Shown here in pieces: positions 15,759-20,000 of a stretch of 20,000 nucleotides of DNA. Location: IMG/VR virus record IMGVR_UViG_3300001481_000036, one strand, 5' to 3'. The notes under the pieces are model-generated. The model was not told the origin of the DNA and made no database searches. It worked only from the letters and a program-made list of their open reading frames with translations. This DNA comes from an uncultured virus (IMG/VR IMGVR_UViG_3300001481_000036) (lineage: Duplodnaviria > Heunggongvirae > Uroviricota > Caudoviricetes). The stretch's first letter is position 1, and every line of letters starts with the position of its first letter. A program made the position numbers and the translations under genes.

Positions 15759-16370
15759 ATGAGTCTAGAATATCTCAAGTGGAATATTACTAAAGAGAGT
15801 GGACGACCCGTTATCTTGGATGAAGATAAACCAGACAAAGAAACAAGAAAATTATGTCTGGTTAAAATGACAAACACAGAAGATTTAAAGAATCTGTGTA
15901 ATGTTACAGAGTTTGAAAGTGTAGAACATAAGCTAGGATCAAACATCCGTATCCTTTGTTACGATGCTGAATACGAAGCATGGTTTGATGAGTCCGATGA
16001 GAATATTGGAGATTTCTACTCTGTCTATGCTTGGTATCCGCTGTCCTATATTACAGATTACTTAGACGGCAAACCTGAACCAATGAATTGTTGGGAGTTT
16101 GGTTGGTTTACAGCAAAGCGTTCAATCCCTGCATTAGCTAAGTGGATAGAGAAAGGTGTTAGTTATCATCCTTCAATGTCACCAGACGCATGGAAAGAAA
16201 TTCTAACAAAGATAAAACAAGGATTTGAAGTCTCTTTGTCTGATTTAGGTGGAGATTTAGATGATATTGTTAATCTGGATGAAAGAAAGCGTATATTAGA
16301 AGAGCATGATGCTATACGCAAAGAAGCATTTGCACTTATGGCAGAGTATTACTTAGATTTGTGGGATTAA
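15759..16370 (+). CDS. DUF551-like N-terminal domain fused to a helical phage domain ending in LWD
   Basis: LKW...KP...LCLV...WF...VYAWYPL, then WKEILTKIKQGFE...AFALMAEYYLDLWD. Confidence 0.8.
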   Translation: MSLEYLKWNITKESGRPVILDEDKPDKETRKLCLVKMTNTEDLKNLCNVTEFESVEHKLGSNIRILCYDAEYEAWFDESDENIGDFYSVYAWYPLSYITDYLDGKPEPMNCWEFGWFTAKRSIPALAKWIEKGVSYHPSMSPDAWKEILTKIKQGFEVSLSDLGGDLDDIVNLDERKRILEEHDAIRKEAFALMAEYYLDLWD

Positions 16371-16394
16371 GAAGCAAGACTTAAAGGAGGATTT

Positions 16395-16781
16395 ATGGTA
16401 CAGAATAACTCTGAAAAATGTGAGCTTAACAATAAGGATTATGAGTGTTATAGAACAAATCATTTTGAAGTTAGCCTAACAGATTATGATAATGGTTTAA
16501 GAGAAGTAGAAGAATTAAGACTAGCAACAACTAAAGCAAAACTGGATAAGTTTTCTGGTGATCTTACACTCTATGTCTATGCCACTAGATCTGTTTTAGA
16601 ATATATGGAATCTCTGCATAAAAATCACCTATTTCATGTCAAATACACTCTATACAGTCCTGATGCTGAACACAATTTTGTTGTTTTAAACAGGATGATG
16701 AAGCTAACTGAAATCTCATTTGAATCTTATTCTAAATCGAGTGACGGAGCTTTAGTGAGATTAAATTTTTGTTATGTTTAA
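16395..16781 (+). CDS. Stand-alone degenerate tail-tube (gp19-like) protein candidate
   Basis: AGGAGG SD. YECYRTNHFEV, YTLYSPDA and LTEISFESYSKSSDGALVRLNFCY. Confidence 0.6.
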   Translation: MVQNNSEKCELNNKDYECYRTNHFEVSLTDYDNGLREVEELRLATTKAKLDKFSGDLTLYVYATRSVLEYMESLHKNHLFHVKYTLYSPDAEHNFVVLNRMMKLTEISFESYSKSSDGALVRLNFCYV

Positions 16782-16784
16782 AGG

Positions 16785-16994
16785 ATGTATGAGATGTGTA
16801 ATAAATTATTTTTAACAAAGGAAACCGTAAGAAAACTAATAGAGAAGCATGTGAGCAACTATATTAATTTCTCTATTGTGAACATGCAGTACACAAACTT
16901 CGATACACTGGAAGTACTCTTTAAAGTAAAAAATAAAAGTAATAGATTATTTGCCGTATACTTTAGTCAAAAGGAGATAGAAGGAGAGCTGTAG
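16785..16994 (+). CDS. Hypothetical protein
   Basis: 69-aa ORF; the start may be the second ATG. Confidence 0.7.
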   Translation: MYEMCNKLFLTKETVRKLIEKHVSNYINFSIVNMQYTNFDTLEVLFKVKNKSNRLFAVYFSQKEIEGEL

Positions 16995-17008
16995 AACTCC
17001 TTCTATCT
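16975..17008 (+). terminator. 12-bp hairpin at the end of the accessory array
   Basis: AGATAGAAGGAG-10nt-CTCCTTCTATCT with a weak U tail. Confidence 0.55.
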
Positions 17009-17051
17009 ACATTTAAGTCATTCCTAGAGTCCTTTTAAAGGAGGTATAGAT

Positions 17052-18011
17052 ATGTCCTATCCGTATAGCTTAGATTTAATTTTTGGTTCTGAGAAAGCTA
17101 CAGTAGACCCTTTTGGTAGATTAAGTTTTGGTAGTGGTGGAGATTCCCCTACACCTGAACCTACGGAATCTTATTGGAGAACATCATCTTTTAATATTAC
17201 AAGTATGTTACATGATTATGCGGGGGAGGGTTTAGGTACGTTTAAATCACCTATAGTTAGGTTTTTTGCTGAAGATTGGCAAGAGTTAAGAAGCTATATT
17301 TATTATGTAAAAATATGGTGTTATGATGATGTTGAAGTAGATCCTAGTAGGTTAGAGCAATATAAAGAATGGTTATCACAATCCACAATATCTATAATCA
17401 AGGATGATTCTGATGAAGAGAAAGTAATAATAAATGGGCCGTCTTCTCATAGTGAGTGGAATGTAGACCAACCCATAGATTCTTTAGGGTTTTTCCAAGT
17501 GGATGTAAATGCCCCAACTCCATCTGATTTATCCGAATTTTCCCTTTATTTTATTTTAGCGGATGAAAACGGAGTACTAGACCCTATGGATGGTGAGAGT
17601 ATGTCTATGCTTCAGATAGAAGATCCCGTATCGTTTACCCCTACTCAAATCTCTAATAAAGAAGTGGTCTCTTGTTATTATAAAGTAGATATTCTTTCTG
17701 GTAATGATATGGATACCTATTTACAATCAGCTACACTCTCTTCTTTTGGTGTAGGTGGTTCTAATGAAGTATCATCCACAGAATCCGATATTATTGGTAA
17801 TTTAGATTTTCCAGATGGAGAAGATACTAATGGTAAATTAGAGTCTTTAGATTTAATAAATTCGTTTGACGTAGATATGTATGAAAACTTTGAGAGTGAG
17901 AATATTGTAGCTAAACTACGTTTTACTTTAGTAATAGATGGTGATGTAACACCTTTCCCACCATTCTTTACTGTAGACGAAGAAGCATTAACTTTTGAAA
18001 AAGTTGAATAA
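17052..18011 (+). CDS. Acidic beta-rich protein with short N-terminal anchor and GSGGDSPTPEPT linker (possible virion decoration protein)
   Basis: AGGAGGT SD, 319 aa. Confidence 0.8.
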   Translation: MSYPYSLDLIFGSEKATVDPFGRLSFGSGGDSPTPEPTESYWRTSSFNITSMLHDYAGEGLGTFKSPIVRFFAEDWQELRSYIYYVKIWCYDDVEVDPSRLEQYKEWLSQSTISIIKDDSDEEKVIINGPSSHSEWNVDQPIDSLGFFQVDVNAPTPSDLSEFSLYFILADENGVLDPMDGESMSMLQIEDPVSFTPTQISNKEVVSCYYKVDILSGNDMDTYLQSATLSSFGVGGSNEVSSTESDIIGNLDFPDGEDTNGKLESLDLINSFDVDMYENFESENIVAKLRFTLVIDGDVTPFPPFFTVDEEALTFEKVE

Positions 18012-18025
18012 AATGGAGTAAAAGC

Positions 18026-18077
18026 TAGGACTACTAATATTTCTTGGGATAACTATTTTATGTCCATAGTAGTCTTA
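18026..18077. other. Long intergenic stem-loop
   Basis: Outer stem TAGGACTACTA / TAGTAGTCTTA with an imperfect inner GGATAA/TTATGTCC stem. Confidence 0.55.
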
Positions 18078-18093
18078 TGAAAGGATTGGGATT

Positions 18094-18522
18094 ATGAGCA
18101 AGGTACGATCTAAGATTAACTATGATGAAGAGAGCAAAACTTTTCTGGATGCTTCTGCGCCGAAAGAATCACAGACGTTTGAGGCTAAAAAAGAGTTGGT
18201 AAAAGAGATGGTATCTTTATTATCAGAGTTTAGAGATACCTTGCCGCCCATATCACAGAAATATCACAAGGCTTTAACATCCATTATACTGTCTCTGAAT
18301 ACCTATATAAATTATGAGGAAACACATACAGGGATATGGAATGGTTTTGAGCATTTGTGTATGGCTCATACACATTATTCTTATTTGATGTATTGTACAC
18401 ATCCTAAGAATCCAAAGAGGGATTCAAAGATACAGGTTAGTCTTTATGAGTTTTTAAAAGAGTTAAACCGTCTTTGGGTCATTCTGCTTAGTCAGTATCT
18501 TGATTATTCATCCAAGCACTAA
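18094..18522 (+). CDS. Hypothetical helical protein
   Basis: 142-aa ORF. Confidence 0.8.
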   Translation: MSKVRSKINYDEESKTFLDASAPKESQTFEAKKELVKEMVSLLSEFRDTLPPISQKYHKALTSIILSLNTYINYEETHTGIWNGFEHLCMAHTHYSYLMYCTHPKNPKRDSKIQVSLYEFLKELNRLWVILLSQYLDYSSKH

Positions 18523-18536
18523 TGGGGTGTAGAAAT

Positions 18537-19061
18537 ATGCTTAAATTAAAGAGGGTATGTGAAGCAAAGCAGGTAGGTGACATCTACCATTATTGCACAT
18601 TACAAATAGCTGTGAAATATATCATTCCTAATGATACTTTATCACCTTCTGGCAAGTGGCCAAACCGTTTAATCGGTTCATCCAATGTATTATCTTTTAC
18701 TAGGGACAAGCGATATATTGTTGATATTCTTAGAAAAGATCCCATTCTTGTACAGTTTAAGGTAGATGGTGACAAGGTATCGGAGAATCATAAAGTCTTT
18801 CCTTATAATGATTATTATGATCCTGATTATGATGTTCCCGAGTATGAAGAAGAATTGGAAAAAGAGGAAGTTGTAGTTGGCAAACTTTCCCCATTCTCAA
18901 ACTTCATTAAGTCGATTAAGGTTATTTTAAACAAGCCTGTAAAAGATTTAAACCCTCTATACATTCAGTCTATGCTTGAGGATATAGAGGATTATGCACA
19001 GTCTCATTCGATACCTTTAGAGATGGATAAGGAATTAAGAGAGATATTAGAGGAGGGGTAA
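18537..19061 (+). CDS. Putative ADP-ribosyltransferase-fold protein with N-terminal MLKLKRVCE peptide
   Basis: Start at ATG 18537 by analogy with the shared N-terminus. IYHYCT, LSFTRD and EKEEVV resemble an H-S-E ART triad. Confidence 0.55.
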   Translation: MLKLKRVCEAKQVGDIYHYCTLQIAVKYIIPNDTLSPSGKWPNRLIGSSNVLSFTRDKRYIVDILRKDPILVQFKVDGDKVSENHKVFPYNDYYDPDYDVPEYEEELEKEEVVVGKLSPFSNFIKSIKVILNKPVKDLNPLYIQSMLEDIEDYAQSHSIPLEMDKELREILEEG

Positions 19062-19064
19062 TTT

Positions 19065-20000
19065 ATGGTTAAATTAAAGAGGGTGAATGAGAATCAGTTG
19101 GATTTATTTAGTTGGAAACCTAAAGGCGGTAATGCCGTAGATACCGTCTATGATGGTTTATCTGATACGGATGATAAAGACTGGTTTAATGTCTCATATC
19201 TGTATAAAAAATATGGTGAGTATAATCGCAGATTTTTTAACTCTGCTTTACCCGAGTTACCTTTGTATATAAAGACATACAAACACGCTTTGGGTGTCTG
19301 TATTTCATTAGGCAGTAAGTCAAGGAATGAAATCAATCTCAAAGAGATTTGTATTTCCAAACTTAAATTTAACAACAGATTCTCTATGGAGCAAGTCCTT
19401 GTCCATGAGATGTGTCATGCCTACCAGATTCATATATTGTGTGATAATTCCCTTACTCGATATTCTATGGATGCCAAACAGGGATCAGGTAGTCAGGGAC
19501 ACGGCCCATTATTCTTTAAAGCGGCTGATTTAGTGAATAACTCTCCAGAAAATAAAGAAGGGTTTAAAATAACACAGTATAATGAGGATATTAACACGGC
19601 GCATAGAATAGGCGGTAAATCCACCTCTGGTTATTGCTATATTAAACCAACCCTAGAAGGTCTTTTTGTCTATACCATAGCCGACACGCCATCTAATAAA
19701 GAGAATATAGACTATCTTAAACATTATGAGCCTGAGTATATGTACAGCTATAAGGATGCAGAAGCAAAGAGTATCTGTACCACTCATTTTGGCCGTACCA
19801 AAGGTTATATTTATCCTTGGCAGAAAATCATAGAGAGTATTTGTAATAAAATCATTAATGGAGATCTTATCCCTCTGGTAGAAGATAATAAATTAGAGAA
19901 AAAGTATATTATATACAAAGATGATGTTGTTTCGGTCTCTATGGTAGAGCCTTTTGGTAAAGAGATGAAAGAGGTGGTTATGAACAAGCCATATTCCATA
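19065..20000 (+). CDS. SprT-like zinc metalloprotease, 3'-truncated, with N-terminal MVKLKRVNE peptide (not in the ORF track)
   Basis: GAGGAGG upstream and the frame is open to the window end. YNRRFFNSALP, VLVHEMCH (HExxH at 19404-19418) and downstream GHGPLF. Confidence 0.88.
   Translation, partial: MVKLKRVNENQLDLFSWKPKGGNAVDTVYDGLSDTDDKDWFNVSYLYKKYGEYNRRFFNSALPELPLYIKTYKHALGVCISLGSKSRNEINLKEICISKLKFNNRFSMEQVLVHEMCHAYQIHILCDNSLTRYSMDAKQGSGSQGHGPLFFKAADLVNNSPENKEGFKITQYNEDINTAHRIGGKSTSGYCYIKPTLEGLFVYTIADTPSNKENIDYLKHYEPEYMYSYKDAEAKSICTTHFGRTKGYIYPWQKIIESICNKIINGDLIPLVEDNKLEKKYIIYKDDVVSVSMVEPFGKEMKEVVMNKPYSI

Noticed and set aside
57..19533. Alternative-frame + strand ORFs 57-245, 15198-15389 and 19327-19533
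   Set aside because: They are nested in the FNT, phosphoesterase and SprT genes, whose conserved motifs lie in other frames.
3434..19999. All minus-strand ORFs in the track (e.g. 3434, 7259, 8716, 9539, 9830, 11035, 13280, 14137, 15722, 18590, 19148, 19811)
   Set aside because: They are antisense shadows of well-supported + strand genes with no recognisable motifs.
1..20000. CRISPR array, tRNA or rRNA genes
   Set aside because: No regularly spaced repeat-spacer units or cloverleaf/T-loop signatures were seen in the intergenic gaps.

Overview
AT-rich, gene-dense window with essentially all genes on the + strand and strong GGAG/GGAGG Shine-Dalgarno sites. It is best explained as part of a large tailed (probably myovirus/jumbo-like) phage of an anaerobic bacterium, using the standard genetic code. 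The left end is a nucleotide-metabolism block: a truncated formate/nitrite channel, an acidic ORF, class III anaerobic RNR nrdD and activase nrdG. A highly structured ~300-nt intergenic element follows. About 4.3-17 kb is an accessory (early-like) array of small and mosaic ORFs with duplicated sigma70-like promoter cassettes, repeated leader/RBS elements, two frameshifted genes and a metallophosphoesterase. Several mosaic ORFs appear by eye to carry degenerate virion-protein modules (gp23-like capsid A-domain, gp19-like tail tube). One ORF fuses an IscB-type PLMP/RRXRR domain, a capsid-like fragment and a P-loop NTPase, joined by a repeated 29-nt RBS-ATG junction behind a multi-hairpin leader. 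The right end holds an ADP-ribosyltransferase-like ORF and a SprT-like metalloprotease. These two and the ORF at 318 share an N-terminal M(V/L)KLKRxxE peptide, a candidate capsid-targeting signal. All family calls come from motif recognition by eye; no searches were run.
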